From Patescibacteria group bacterium (GTDB taxonomy: Bacteria; Patescibacteriota; Patescibacteriia; UBA9934): 64,000 bases of DNA. Below the pieces are notes generated by a model that saw only the letters and a program-made list of their open reading frames with translations, did no database searches and was not told the DNA's origin. Numbering within the stretch: position 1 is the first letter of the stretch; every line of letters starts with the position of its first letter. The stretch covers positions 20,386 to 84,385 of the forward strand of contig JBAYHI010000005.1 in NCBI GenBank assembly GCA_041666205.1, given 5' to 3'. Shown here piece by piece: positions 51,276 to 61,069 of the stretch. Position numbers and translations under genes: made by a program.

Positions 51276-52571
51276 TTATTCGGTTTCAATTTGCGCACCA
51301 ATGCTCGCGAGTTTTCCGTACAAATCTTCGTATCCGCGTTCCAAGTGTTCGACGCCATCGATTTCTGACGTCCCGTCTGCTGCGAGCGCTGCAGCCACGT
51401 AGGCCAGTCCTGCACGAATGTCAGGAACGGTCATAGAGGATGCTTTGAGTGGCGTTGGACCTTTGATGACTGCAGAATGCTTATAGTTTTGATCTTTGAA
51501 TCGACACGGAAGTTCCCCAAGACAATTGGTGAAGAGCGTGATGTCTGCACCCATTTTTACGAGCGCTTCGGTGTAAGCGAACCGATCTTGCATAACGGTT
51601 TCGTGCACAACGGACGTGCCCTCGGCTTGTGTCATCACAACCACGAATGGCTGTTGCCAGTCCGTGGAAAATCCCGGATACGTATCGGTTTCAAGTTGAA
51701 TGCCGCGATAGTGCTCGCCGCCTTTGAATAGAATTCCGTCGGGTTGCGCTTCCCATTCCCCACCGATCATACGCACCGCATTGAGGAAGGTAATCATGTC
51801 GCGGTGGCTTGCGCCCTCGCAGAAAATTTCTCCGCGCGTGGCGAGTGCGAGACACGCAAACGACGCAACCTCAAGTCGATCTGGCAAAATGAAATGCTCG
51901 CACCCGTGCAATTTTTCCACGCCAATGATTTCAATTTCTCGGCCAGCGCCGGTTTCAATAATGGCACCCATCTTTTGGAGCATCATGATGAGCTCGGTGA
52001 TTTCCGGCTCAATCGCGGCATTCTTTAAGACCGTGCGACCTTCGGCAAGGACGCTAGCAAACAAAACGGTTTCCGTGGCGCCAACGGAAGGATATGGAAG
52101 CTCAATCGAGACGCCTTTCAATCGCCCATCAACAGACAAATGATACCCATCTTTTTCTTCTGAAACGACTGCACCCATCTTTTGCAATGCTTCCAAATGA
52201 AAATCTACGGGACGCGGACCAATCTTGTCGCCACCGACTTTAATAACGACCGCCTCGTGCATGCGATGCAAAAGGGGCGCTGCAAGCAAAATCGACAACC
52301 GATTTTTTCGGGTAAGTGCCAAAGTAGACGTTTGCGAAATCGTTGGCGTTGTTGCGGTAAGCGTATGATCGGCAAGCGCGGTTTTTCCGCCAACGAGCTC
52401 CACGAGTTCACGCGCAATATCGGTTTCCTGCTGAAGCGGGACGTTTTGAAGCGTCACTTCCCCATCCGTGAGGAGCGAGGCAATAATCATTTTAGACGCC
52501 GCATTTTTTGCGCCACTGATTTTTACACGACCCTTCAGCGGTTTTCCGCCAGTGATTCGAAGTTTTTGCAT
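51276..52571 (-). CDS. murA: UDP-GlcNAc enolpyruvyl transferase (Asp-type active site)
   Basis: GAKNA, GGDKIGPRPVDFH, SVGATE, PGFSTD, DIRAG, ERGY. Confidence 0.96.
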   Translation of the reverse strand: MQKLRITGGKPLKGRVKISGAKNAASKMIIASLLTDGEVTLQNVPLQQETDIARELVELVGGKTALADHTLTATTPTISQTSTLALTRKNRLSILLAAPLLHRMHEAVVIKVGGDKIGPRPVDFHLEALQKMGAVVSEEKDGYHLSVDGRLKGVSIELPYPSVGATETVLFASVLAEGRTVLKNAAIEPEITELIMMLQKMGAIIETGAGREIEIIGVEKLHGCEHFILPDRLEVASFACLALATRGEIFCEGASHRDMITFLNAVRMIGGEWEAQPDGILFKGGEHYRGIQLETDTYPGFSTDWQQPFVVVMTQAEGTSVVHETVMQDRFAYTEALVKMGADITLFTNCLGELPCRFKDQNYKHSAVIKGPTPLKASSMTVPDIRAGLAYVAAALAADGTSEIDGVEHLERGYEDLYGKLASIGAQIETE

Positions 52572-52645
52572 AAGATTTGGCTATTGAGCCATAACATTCA
52601 TGGTGCCACAGAACCCAAAAGCACTCAAGTGAGCGATGCACAAAC

Positions 52646-52672
52646 AAAAAATTGCCTTACAGCAATTTTTTT
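52646..52672 (-). terminator. Terminator downstream of the RNA candidate and upstream of murA
   Basis: AAAAAATTGC-n-GCAATTTTTT. Confidence 0.65.
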
Positions 52673-52673
52673 G

Positions 52674-52937
52674 GCGCCTCACGACGGAAGTTCGTAAGAT
52701 TGGTCCTCTGCCACATGTGGGCATCGCGTTATCTTTGCGTGCGTCCAAGCCAAGGCCCGGATGTCGCTAAAGGATAATCGCAGCAAGACCGCTGAATCCC
52801 CGCACTCAAGCCTTGAAGGCTTGAAGCTAGACTGCGCAATTTCGCAGTGATCGGTCGGATTCTTTCAAACAGTGAATAGCCAATTACGCGCTTCCGTCTG
52901 AAGCACATTTATTATCCCGCGAAAGACCCATGGGCGC
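52674..52937 (-). ncRNA. Candidate structured non-coding RNA, family not recognised
   Basis: Ends pair; at least 7 nested helices, with G-U wobbles valid only on the minus strand; no ORF; flanked by terminators. Confidence 0.6.
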
Positions 52938-52943
52938 AATCAC

Positions 52944-52971
52944 AAAAAAATCGGGATAAGCCCGATTTCTT
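52944..52971 (-). terminator. Terminator of ndk
   Basis: Minus strand AAATCGGG-CTTAT-CCCGATTTTTTT. Confidence 0.7.
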
Positions 52972-53009
52972 CACAGGATGCACACAATTTTTGCACAGGC
53001 TAAATTCTC

Positions 53010-53477
53010 CTAGATTCCTTCTCCGATATGGAATCGATCTGTGAGTTTCTCGTAGGCGTAGATTTCATTTTCCTTGAAAAATCGTGCGATTTCTACAGTG
53101 GCGGATTCAGCCGAATCAGATGCATGGACCATATTTGAAGGCACATTCATCGAAAGATCAGCGCGAATCGTGCCAGCATCAGCCTCGCGAGGATTTGTAG
53201 CGCCAACGATTTTACGAACTTCCGAGATAACGTCCAGGCCCTCAAGTACCATCGCAACCACAGGCGTTTGCATCATATAGCGCTTCAAATCGCCAAAAAA
53301 TGGCTTTGCGCTAAGGTGGCCGTAGTGCTCATTGAGCGTTGCTTCGTCCAAAAGCATGAACTTCATGCCAACGGTCTTTAATCCTTTTCGCTCAAAGCGG
53401 GAAATAATCTCGCCGACAAGCTCCCGTTGCAAAGCATCGGGTTTCAAAAGGACGAGGGTACGCTGTATTTCTGCCAT
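53010..53477 (-). CDS. ndk: Nucleoside diphosphate kinase
   Basis: LKPD, GTIRAD, VHASDS. Confidence 0.96.
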   Translation of the reverse strand: MAEIQRTLVLLKPDALQRELVGEIISRFERKGLKTVGMKFMLLDEATLNEHYGHLSAKPFFGDLKRYMMQTPVVAMVLEGLDVISEVRKIVGATNPREADAGTIRADLSMNVPSNMVHASDSAESATVEIARFFKENEIYAYEKLTDRFHIGEGI

Positions 53478-53534
53478 AAAATTTTATTATTGGCTGGAAT
53501 ACTAGCAGATTTTATTTGGTTCGTCAAAAATTGT

Positions 53535-53981
53535 TTACAGGGCTTTCAGCCCCTGTGTTGTCCTCCACTTTTCTTTGCTGGCCCAAAGAAAAGTGGAGAG
53601 AAAAGAAATGGCCTGCTTACGGCCCATCCCAGCCTTCGCGCTTGGCTGGCCCGGAAAAACGTATGAAGAACCAAACCACCCAGGGCAGGAACGTTTTTCC
53701 GGTCGGGCCTTGTTCGATAGCCTGTTTTTATTTGAATCGCCGGCTCGAGCATTGTCAAAGAGGAATCCGGCGTTCGGACAGGAATTGCACGGCCACCTCC
53801 GGCACATCCAAAGTTGTACGGGCATGGCGCGCCATGCCCGTACGCGGGATCCATTGCCGGAGACTGGCCGTGCCCTGGCCGACGACGGATAAGACAACAT
53901 GCCTCTTTGACAAGCGCAGACCCGGCAGCCAGTTTCTTTCCCTCCACTTTCTTTGCTGGTCCAAAGAAAGTGGAGATAACA
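53535..53981. repeat. Hairpin-rich dispersed element, copy 2, containing a 28-bp perfect palindrome (53816-53843)
   Basis: 87-bp core identical to 5792-5878; CTCCACTTTCTTTG..CAAAGAAAGTGGAG hairpins; GTACGGGCATGGCG|CGCCATGCCCGTAC. Confidence 0.8.
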
Positions 53982-53985
53982 GGAA

Positions 53986-54843
53986 TCAAAACTCAAAACT
54001 CGCTACCTCGATTTTCTTCCCGTCTGACAAAAGCCGAATATCTCCCAACTGATCGGTACGCAAAATCTCTGCGCCAACCGACTGCAGACGGTCCACAATC
54101 GTCGGGCTTGGATGCCCGTAGTCATTCTCCCCAACCGAAATAACTGCGTACTCGGGTTTCACCATTTCCAAAAACGTGCTCGACGATGAACTAAGACTCC
54201 CATGATGCCCGACTTTGAGCACATCAACGTCAACGAGACCTGATGTCATTTGCGCTTCTTCTTCAATCCCCGCGTCGCCTGTAAAAAGAACCTCGACATC
54301 TCCGTCTTTCAGCAACAGCACAAGCGAACTGTCATTTTCGTCGTCCACATTTTCTACAAAATCCAACAATGGCCACAAAATACAAAGCGATCGATTCTCA
54401 CCCAACTCCAAACAATCTGGTGCGGACGCAATTTCATCATTCGTTTTCCCCATAAACTCTTTTCCAAGTTCCGTGCTGTACGTCGCATTCGGTCGCCAAA
54501 CTTCCCCAAACGAATACCGATCTGCCACCGCATTTAGTCCAACCAAATGATCGGCATGATCGTGTGAGGAAATCATATACTCAATATTGCGATCCCAAAA
54601 CGGCATCACAGCGGAAAGTTTCTCAATCACCTGCTGACTGGGCCCGCCGTCGATCAGAATTTGTGTAGATCCACTTTGAATGAGCGCAGAGTCTCCCTGC
54701 CCCACATCGAAAAACCACACGGCTAATTTTTCATCGCTAAAAATCGTCGGCGACGCAATCGATTGCACCGCCACGGTCACCAAACAAAACGCAACAAGAC
54801 CTACAAATGAGAAAAAAGCTTTTTTCGTTTTACGATAAGCCAT
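53986..54843 (-). CDS. ComEC-type metallo-beta-lactamase fold protein
   Basis: FDVGQGDS, SHDHADH, FTGD, KVGHHGS, YGHP; start moved to MAYRK. Confidence 0.92.
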   Translation of the reverse strand: MAYRKTKKAFFSFVGLVAFCLVTVAVQSIASPTIFSDEKLAVWFFDVGQGDSALIQSGSTQILIDGGPSQQVIEKLSAVMPFWDRNIEYMISSHDHADHLVGLNAVADRYSFGEVWRPNATYSTELGKEFMGKTNDEIASAPDCLELGENRSLCILWPLLDFVENVDDENDSSLVLLLKDGDVEVLFTGDAGIEEEAQMTSGLVDVDVLKVGHHGSLSSSSSTFLEMVKPEYAVISVGENDYGHPSPTIVDRLQSVGAEILRTDQLGDIRLLSDGKKIEVASFEF

Positions 54844-56276
54844 ACCGCACATGCTACCGCACTGGTGAGAAGATATGCCAGCCAATCCGGAATAGAAAAC
54901 GATCCAAATGGAACTTCTGAAATCGATCGAATCACAAAAAGGACAGATGAGAGGAGCGCGGTTGCCGGTCCGCTTACAAAAATCGCCAAAGGAAGTGACG
55001 CGATCGACACAACCAAGACAAGTGCACCAAGGCCCATGATATATGGGAGCCAGGGCAAAATGAGGAGGTTCACAATAGGGGCGACAATTGAAAGTGTACC
55101 GAATCGAAAAAGCAAAACTGGAAGACACGCAACCGTTGCTGCAAGCGTTGCCGCAAGCGAAGTTTGCAAACTCAACGTCTTTGGAACAAACGACAATTTC
55201 GATTGAATGTACGGGACAAAATAAATAAGTCCGAGCGTTGCGGCCATAGAAAGTTCAAACCCGATGTCGTCGCGCAAAGCTCGAGGATGCATCAAAAGCA
55301 AAATTGTTGGCGTGAGCAAAAGCACATTTTTCATGGTCGACCGTCGACCTATCTGTTGAGATAACAAAACGAGGAAGCCCATCACGCTCGCGCGCACAAT
55401 CGCAGCTTCGGCTCCACACAAAATTGCGTACACCACGATCGCAACGGAAACGAGGAAGAACGCCTGCTGACGCTTCAAGCCAGCCCACACCAAGAATCCA
55501 AGCACGATGAATGTGACGAGTGCGACGTTGTAGCCAGACGCTGCAACAATATGTGACGTTCCAGTTTGCTGGAATCGCAAATTCCATGCATCGGAAAAAT
55601 TTGTTTCGCCAATGAGAAGTCCTGCCATGAGCGACCCTTGTGGCTCGCCAAAAATTTGCTGAATACGGCTGAGCAATTGCGATTTCATTTTGTACAAAAT
55701 CTCAAGCACGGGATTGCCAGCGCCTCGTTCCAAAACAAGCGGAGAAGAATAAACAAAACACGTTGCGAAAATATTTTTATTGGCAAGATAGCGATCGTAG
55801 GCAAACTCCTCAATCGGCTCGGGCGCAGTTGGCGTGCAACGAAAAGAAATACGGTCGCCGTATGCAAACTCCGGATAGAGTGGGGCGAATGCGAGGAGTT
55901 TGTCTTGTGTTTCTTCCCCGTCGATTTGGAGATGCGAGAGCGTGAGATGCCCTGATTTTTCCGATGCGCCTACATCGATCACAACACCTTCGACGTGAGA
56001 TTCCCTACCGATCGCGGACGTTACGGAGTTCTCCCCCGGAAACGTTCCCGCGTAAATTAGCACGCCACACAAACACCCGAGAACAATAAAACCCCAAACC
56101 CGCCACACAAGACGCCAATGCAATTGCATCGCAATCGCTGAGGCGACGATGAACACAATGCTAAGTTCAAGCATCCAGAGTTGCGGGAGAAAAAACAAAA
56201 AAGAGGCTATGGCAATACCTGCCAAAAAACCTCCGCAGACACTCTGCAATATTACGGATGGCGATGGCGCGGACAT
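54801..56276 (-). CDS. comEC: ComEC/Rec2 competence channel (OB + Competence domains)
   Basis: FAYDRYL, GTSHIVAASGYNV, RASVMG, GFELS. Confidence 0.92.
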   Translation of the reverse strand: MSAPSPSVILQSVCGGFLAGIAIASFLFFLPQLWMLELSIVFIVASAIAMQLHWRLVWRVWGFIVLGCLCGVLIYAGTFPGENSVTSAIGRESHVEGVVIDVGASEKSGHLTLSHLQIDGEETQDKLLAFAPLYPEFAYGDRISFRCTPTAPEPIEEFAYDRYLANKNIFATCFVYSSPLVLERGAGNPVLEILYKMKSQLLSRIQQIFGEPQGSLMAGLLIGETNFSDAWNLRFQQTGTSHIVAASGYNVALVTFIVLGFLVWAGLKRQQAFFLVSVAIVVYAILCGAEAAIVRASVMGFLVLLSQQIGRRSTMKNVLLLTPTILLLMHPRALRDDIGFELSMAATLGLIYFVPYIQSKLSFVPKTLSLQTSLAATLAATVACLPVLLFRFGTLSIVAPIVNLLILPWLPYIMGLGALVLVVSIASLPLAIFVSGPATALLSSVLFVIRSISEVPFGSFSIPDWLAYLLTSAVACAVWLIVKRKKLFSHL

Positions 56277-57553
56277 AGCCCCATGCCGTGCACCTCAAAT
56301 CCCATGGACTCGAGTTTTTCACGTGGTAGGAAATTTTTCCCGTCAAAAATAATCGGTGAGGCAAGTTGCGCTTTCGCGTCGTCCCAATGTGCGTCGGCAA
56401 ATGCGTCCCATTCGGTGAGGACCAAAAGCGCATCAGCAGCCGGAAGCGTTTCACTCGCCGACGAAACAAATCGCACTGAATCGCCGAGTTCGAGTTTTGC
56501 ATTCTCCATCGCTGCGGGATCATAGACGACTATGTCCGCGCCACCCGCGACGAGTTCGCCAATAATGCGAAGCGCCGGCGATTGGCGGACGTCGTCGGTA
56601 TTTTTATTGAAGGCCAACCCCCACACGGCAAGTTTTTTTCCGCGCACATCTCCAAGGCACGCCACGATCTTTTTTACAAATCGTTTAGGTTGATCGTTGT
56701 TCACCGCAATAATTGGCGCAATGAGGCGCTCCACGTATCCAAATTCTTTTGCCGTGTGCGAAAGCGCCTGCACATCTTTTGGAAAACACGATCCGCCAAA
56801 CCCAGCACCTGCGCGCAAAAACTTGGCACCTATACGCCCGTCGCTCGCGAGCACGGCTTCGATGTCTTGCACATCCGCGCCGAAAAGGTCGCATAAATTT
56901 GCGATTTCATTCATGAAAGAGAGGCGAAGTGCCAGCATGGAATTGGCCGCATATTTGCTCATCTCTGCACTCTCGGGCGACATCACAAAGATTTGAGAGT
57001 GAAGCGGTTCGTAGAGAGCGCGAAGTTTTTGCGCATCCTCAGATCGTTCAACGCCGATCACAATTCGCTCTGGCTTCATGAAATCGCCGACCGCCAGACC
57101 TTCACGCAAAAATTCCGGATTTGACGCAACCGCAACATCATCGCGTCCGATCCAAGATTTGATTTTTTTCTGCGTCCCCGGTGGCACCGTGCTCTTGGTA
57201 ACAACAAGCGTTGCACCCTGAAGTGCTGCACCGACCGATCGCGACGCGGATTCGATATAGGAAAGATTCGCTTTCCCCTCTTCATCGGACGGCGTTCCCA
57301 CTGCGAGGAAAATAATATCCGGAGTTTCCTTCAAAACTTCCTCGAGTGAGACTGAAAAGCTTAAACACTTTTTCTCTTGTGCGTCACGAACGAGCTCTGT
57401 AAGTCCTGGTTCGTAAAAAGGAATTTCTCCATGCTCTAGTTTCTGAATTTTTTCCGCGTTAATGTCAACGCATGTCACCTGGTGGCCCATGGACGCCAAA
57501 CATGCCCCCTGCACTAATCCCACGTAACCAGTTCCTAGAACGACAATTTTCAT
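56252..57553 (-). CDS. ugd: UDP-glucose 6-dehydrogenase
   Basis: GTGYVG, NPEFLREG, GFGGSCFPKD. Confidence 0.95.
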   Translation of the reverse strand: MKIVVLGTGYVGLVQGACLASMGHQVTCVDINAEKIQKLEHGEIPFYEPGLTELVRDAQEKKCLSFSVSLEEVLKETPDIIFLAVGTPSDEEGKANLSYIESASRSVGAALQGATLVVTKSTVPPGTQKKIKSWIGRDDVAVASNPEFLREGLAVGDFMKPERIVIGVERSEDAQKLRALYEPLHSQIFVMSPESAEMSKYAANSMLALRLSFMNEIANLCDLFGADVQDIEAVLASDGRIGAKFLRAGAGFGGSCFPKDVQALSHTAKEFGYVERLIAPIIAVNNDQPKRFVKKIVACLGDVRGKKLAVWGLAFNKNTDDVRQSPALRIIGELVAGGADIVVYDPAAMENAKLELGDSVRFVSSASETLPAADALLVLTEWDAFADAHWDDAKAQLASPIIFDGKNFLPREKLESMGFEVHGMGLCPRHRHP

Positions 57554-57555
57554 AA

Positions 57556-60084
57556 TCAGACAACGAAATTCACAAGACGATTCTTAACATAAATCGTCTT
57601 CTTTACGCCAGTTTCAATATATTTTACAACAACTTCTTTTGCCTTCTCAACAATCACAGATTCTTCTGCGTCTGATGCAACCGAAACAGTTCCGCGCAAC
57701 TTGCCATTGACTTGAATTGCGATCTGAAGCTCTTCATCTTTTGCTAATTCCGCATCCCAAGATGGCCATGACTTCTTCTCAAGAATTTCTTCACCACCAA
57801 TACGTTCATACAATTCATTAGCAAGATGAGGAGCAAAAGGGCACATAACAAGAAGGAATTTTTCTAATTGACTAAATGAAATTAAACGAATTGAACCGTC
57901 CGGAGCGTCAGGAGTGATACAAATTTCCATCAGTTCATTCACGCATTTCATAAGCGCAGCTACTCCGGTATTAAAATGCATGGACTCAATGTCTTCCGTA
58001 ACCTTTTTAACAGTCTTTTCAATTATTGGTAATTCCATCTCTGGAGTTTCCTTAGCTTTTAACTCAATCCATGCGTCGACATATCGAACAACCTTTTCCA
58101 AGAATCGTCGCACACCAATCACGCCATTTTCGCTCCATGGCACAGGCTCGGCAAATGGGCCCATGAACATTTCGTACACTCGCACGGTGTCAGCCCCAAA
58201 CTCAACAACGAGCTTATCGGGGTTCACAACATTGCCTTTTGACTTGGACATTTTTGACCCGTCTTCTGCAAGCACCAAGCCATGGCTTGTGCGCTTTTGA
58301 TAGGGTTCCGATGTGGGCACAAATCCACGGTCGTGCAAAAACTTATTCCAAAATCGCGAATACAAAAGGTGGAGCGTGGTATGTTCCATTCCGCCATTGT
58401 ACAGATCGACCGGCATCCAATAATCGAGTTTTGTTTTATCAGCAAACGCCTCGTCATTTTTTGGATCGATGTAGCGCAAAAAGTACCAGCTCGATCCTGC
58501 CCAGTTTGGCATGGTATCTGTCTCGCGTTTTGCATCGCCTCCGCATTGTGGACACGTGGTATTCACCCAATCGGTGATTGTTGCCAGTGGCGACTCCCCA
58601 TTTTCTGTTGGCTCGTAATGCTCAACATCGGGAAGCACAACCGGCAAGTCTGTTTCAGGAATCGCAACCCAACCGCACTTAGCACAATGCACGAGTGGAA
58701 TTGGCTCGCCCCAATAGCGCTGACGCGAAAATACCCAATCGCGCAATTTGAAATGCGTTACGGCTTTGCCAATTTTTTTCTCTTCGAGCCAAACGATCAT
58801 TTTCTTTTTTGCTTCTTCGGTTGTGAGCCCATCGAATTCGCCAGAATTCATCATCTGACCCGATTCTTTTGTATAGGCAAAATAAATTTGTTCACCTTTT
58901 CGAATTTTTTCAAAATCCATCTGCATTGCCTGTTTATCGCTTATGCCATCAAGGTGAGCAAATTCTGGAAGATAATAATCTTCGTCATAATTCTCCCCAC
59001 AATCGATAACAAATCTAATCGGGAGTCCCTTTTTCTGTGCGAACTGACAATCTCGAGTATCGTGCGCTGGCACAGCCATAATCGCGCCGGTGCCATAGCC
59101 CATCATCACGTAATCTGCGATGTAGATTGGCATCTTTTCGCCACTGCCAGGATTCACTGCATATGAGCCGGTGAAGACTCCGGTTTTTTCTTTTGTAACG
59201 TCGCCTCGTTCAATATCAGTTTTTGCAGCAGCTTTTTCAATGTAGTGCACAACTTCGTGATGACGATCACGCGCTGAGAGTTTTGGCACAAGCGGATGTT
59301 CAGGAGCGAGCACCATAAACGTGGCGCCAAAAAGCGTATCAGGTCGCGTTGTGAACACGTTAATTTTGTCGTCGATTCCGTCGACCGCAAATTCAATTTC
59401 AGCCCCTTCGCTTTTTCCAATCCAATCTTCTTGTTGCTTTTTGATTTTCTCGAGGTAATTCAAATCCTTGAGATCTTCGAGCAAGCGATCTGCATATTTT
59501 GTGATCGCAATCATCCACTGTTCTTTTTCGCGCTTCTCAACTGGATTTCCGCAACGCTCACACATGCCACCAACAACTTCTTCGTTTGCCAAACCGATTT
59601 TGCAACTTGGACACCAATTGATTGGCATCTTTTTCTTATACGCCAAACCCGCTTTCCAGAATTCCAAAAACATCCATTGCGTCCATTTGTAATATGCTGG
59701 ATCCGTTGTATTGATTTCGCGTGACCAATCAAAACTCAAGCCAAGCGCTTGGAGCTGACGCTTAAACGTGCCGACATTTTCTCGCGTCACATCTTGCGGT
59801 TTCCGACCGGTTTTGATGGCATAATTTTCCGTGGGAAGTCCAAAGGCATCCCAACCAATTGGGTACAGCACGTTTTTGCCTTCCATGCGCTTTTTTCGCG
59901 CCACAATATCGAGTGCTGTATAACTGCGCGGATGGCCAACGTGGAGTCCAGCACCCGATGGATACGGGAATTCCACAAGGCAATAAAATTTTTCTTTTTG
60001 CGAAAAATCTTCAGCGCGGAACGTTTGCTCGCGTTCCCAACGCGCTTGCCATTTATGATCAATGGATTTGTGATCGTATTGCAT
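57556..60084 (-). CDS. leuS: Leucyl-tRNA synthetase
   Basis: PYPSGAGLHVGH, TTRPDT, GTGAIMAVPAHD, KMSKS; start moved to MQYDH. Confidence 0.97.
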   Translation of the reverse strand: MQYDHKSIDHKWQARWEREQTFRAEDFSQKEKFYCLVEFPYPSGAGLHVGHPRSYTALDIVARKKRMEGKNVLYPIGWDAFGLPTENYAIKTGRKPQDVTRENVGTFKRQLQALGLSFDWSREINTTDPAYYKWTQWMFLEFWKAGLAYKKKMPINWCPSCKIGLANEEVVGGMCERCGNPVEKREKEQWMIAITKYADRLLEDLKDLNYLEKIKKQQEDWIGKSEGAEIEFAVDGIDDKINVFTTRPDTLFGATFMVLAPEHPLVPKLSARDRHHEVVHYIEKAAAKTDIERGDVTKEKTGVFTGSYAVNPGSGEKMPIYIADYVMMGYGTGAIMAVPAHDTRDCQFAQKKGLPIRFVIDCGENYDEDYYLPEFAHLDGISDKQAMQMDFEKIRKGEQIYFAYTKESGQMMNSGEFDGLTTEEAKKKMIVWLEEKKIGKAVTHFKLRDWVFSRQRYWGEPIPLVHCAKCGWVAIPETDLPVVLPDVEHYEPTENGESPLATITDWVNTTCPQCGGDAKRETDTMPNWAGSSWYFLRYIDPKNDEAFADKTKLDYWMPVDLYNGGMEHTTLHLLYSRFWNKFLHDRGFVPTSEPYQKRTSHGLVLAEDGSKMSKSKGNVVNPDKLVVEFGADTVRVYEMFMGPFAEPVPWSENGVIGVRRFLEKVVRYVDAWIELKAKETPEMELPIIEKTVKKVTEDIESMHFNTGVAALMKCVNELMEICITPDAPDGSIRLISFSQLEKFLLVMCPFAPHLANELYERIGGEEILEKKSWPSWDAELAKDEELQIAIQVNGKLRGTVSVASDAEESVIVEKAKEVVVKYIETGVKKTIYVKNRLVNFVV

Positions 60085-60160
60085 AACGCACGTATCGTAG
60101 CGAAAAAATCGATTATTCGCAATTTCTCCTGAATGCAAGAACTCCCCGAACCGACCGCAG

Positions 60161-61012
60161 TCAGTTCAGGGAGTTGAGATGAGACGCCAAGTGCTTACGC
60201 CAGCCCACGAGGTCGATGGCGACCACCGACACGTCATCGTAGGGACGCTCTCGGAGGATACGGGTCCAGAACTCGCTCGCGCGTTCCTGGAATGACTTGT
60301 GTTGACCTGCGAGGAGTCGCAGTTCCGCGCCGAGTGACGGCCCGAGTGCGTACCTCACGCCATCGGACATGAGGATCAGCACCGTCGCTTCCTCTGGCCA
60401 GGCGGTCTGCCACACGGTCTCGGGATCAGCTTGCAAAGCATCCCCGTAGACGAAGTCCCCGAATGCCCGACTGAGTTGAATCGGGGGCAGCCTCATCGTC
60501 CAGGGCGGATGGAAGTAGTGCGTCTTCGGGCGATCAGGATCTGCGCGAACTTGCCAGCCCGACGACTGGAGCCTCGCACGCTCACCTGCATTGTTGGTTC
60601 CGTGCGCCGGCGTCATGGGCTGTGGTTCGCTCATGTCTGGACGCAGCAGATACGCTTCCGTATCCCCAACCGTCGCAACGCAGACAAACTCTCCCGTGAG
60701 AATCGTCCACGCCGCCGTTGTGCCCCCATAGCAGCGCGAGATCTTCAGGAACCCGCAAAGTTCCTGATCGATCCGCTGTGCAATCGCTCGCATTTTCTCA
60801 GGATCGGGGTCCTCCAGGACTTCCGGGAGAAGTCCGTGGCACAATCGCGCCGCGGTTTCGTTCGCGACAAACTCTCCCTTGTCACCGTGCCCGTCGAGGA
60901 CTTCACCGAAGATGTATTCCTCGGTTGCCTCAACGCGAGTGACGTCTTCCGAGACACAACATCCCGGACGTCCACCCTTACGCTCACCTTGAAAAAACAA
61001 TTCGCCGTTCAT
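60161..61012 (-). CDS. PP2C/PPM-family protein phosphatase, GC-rich
   Basis: SED, VLDGHG, GTT, VGD, LSRAFGD, MSDGV, DDVS; GAGGAGG SD. Confidence 0.85.
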   Translation of the reverse strand: MNGELFFQGERKGGRPGCCVSEDVTRVEATEEYIFGEVLDGHGDKGEFVANETAARLCHGLLPEVLEDPDPEKMRAIAQRIDQELCGFLKISRCYGGTTAAWTILTGEFVCVATVGDTEAYLLRPDMSEPQPMTPAHGTNNAGERARLQSSGWQVRADPDRPKTHYFHPPWTMRLPPIQLSRAFGDFVYGDALQADPETVWQTAWPEEATVLILMSDGVRYALGPSLGAELRLLAGQHKSFQERASEFWTRILRERPYDDVSVVAIDLVGWRKHLASHLNSLN

Positions 61013-61040
61013 GATTCCTCCTCGATTTCGTGAACCGCGC

Positions 61041-61069
61041 AGGATAACAAAAAATCACCTCTTCGTCAA
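61041..61069 (-). promoter_or_regulatory. Sigma70-type promoter of the PP2C gene
   Basis: TTGACG-17 bp-TATCCT. Confidence 0.65.

Noticed and set aside
52600-52937. RNase P RNA, tmRNA, glmS ribozyme or group I intron
   Set aside because: GTGCCACAGAA at 52603 resembles RNase P CR-II, but CR-I/CR-V are absent; no tRNA-like ends or tag frame; no ordered P/Q/R/S elements.
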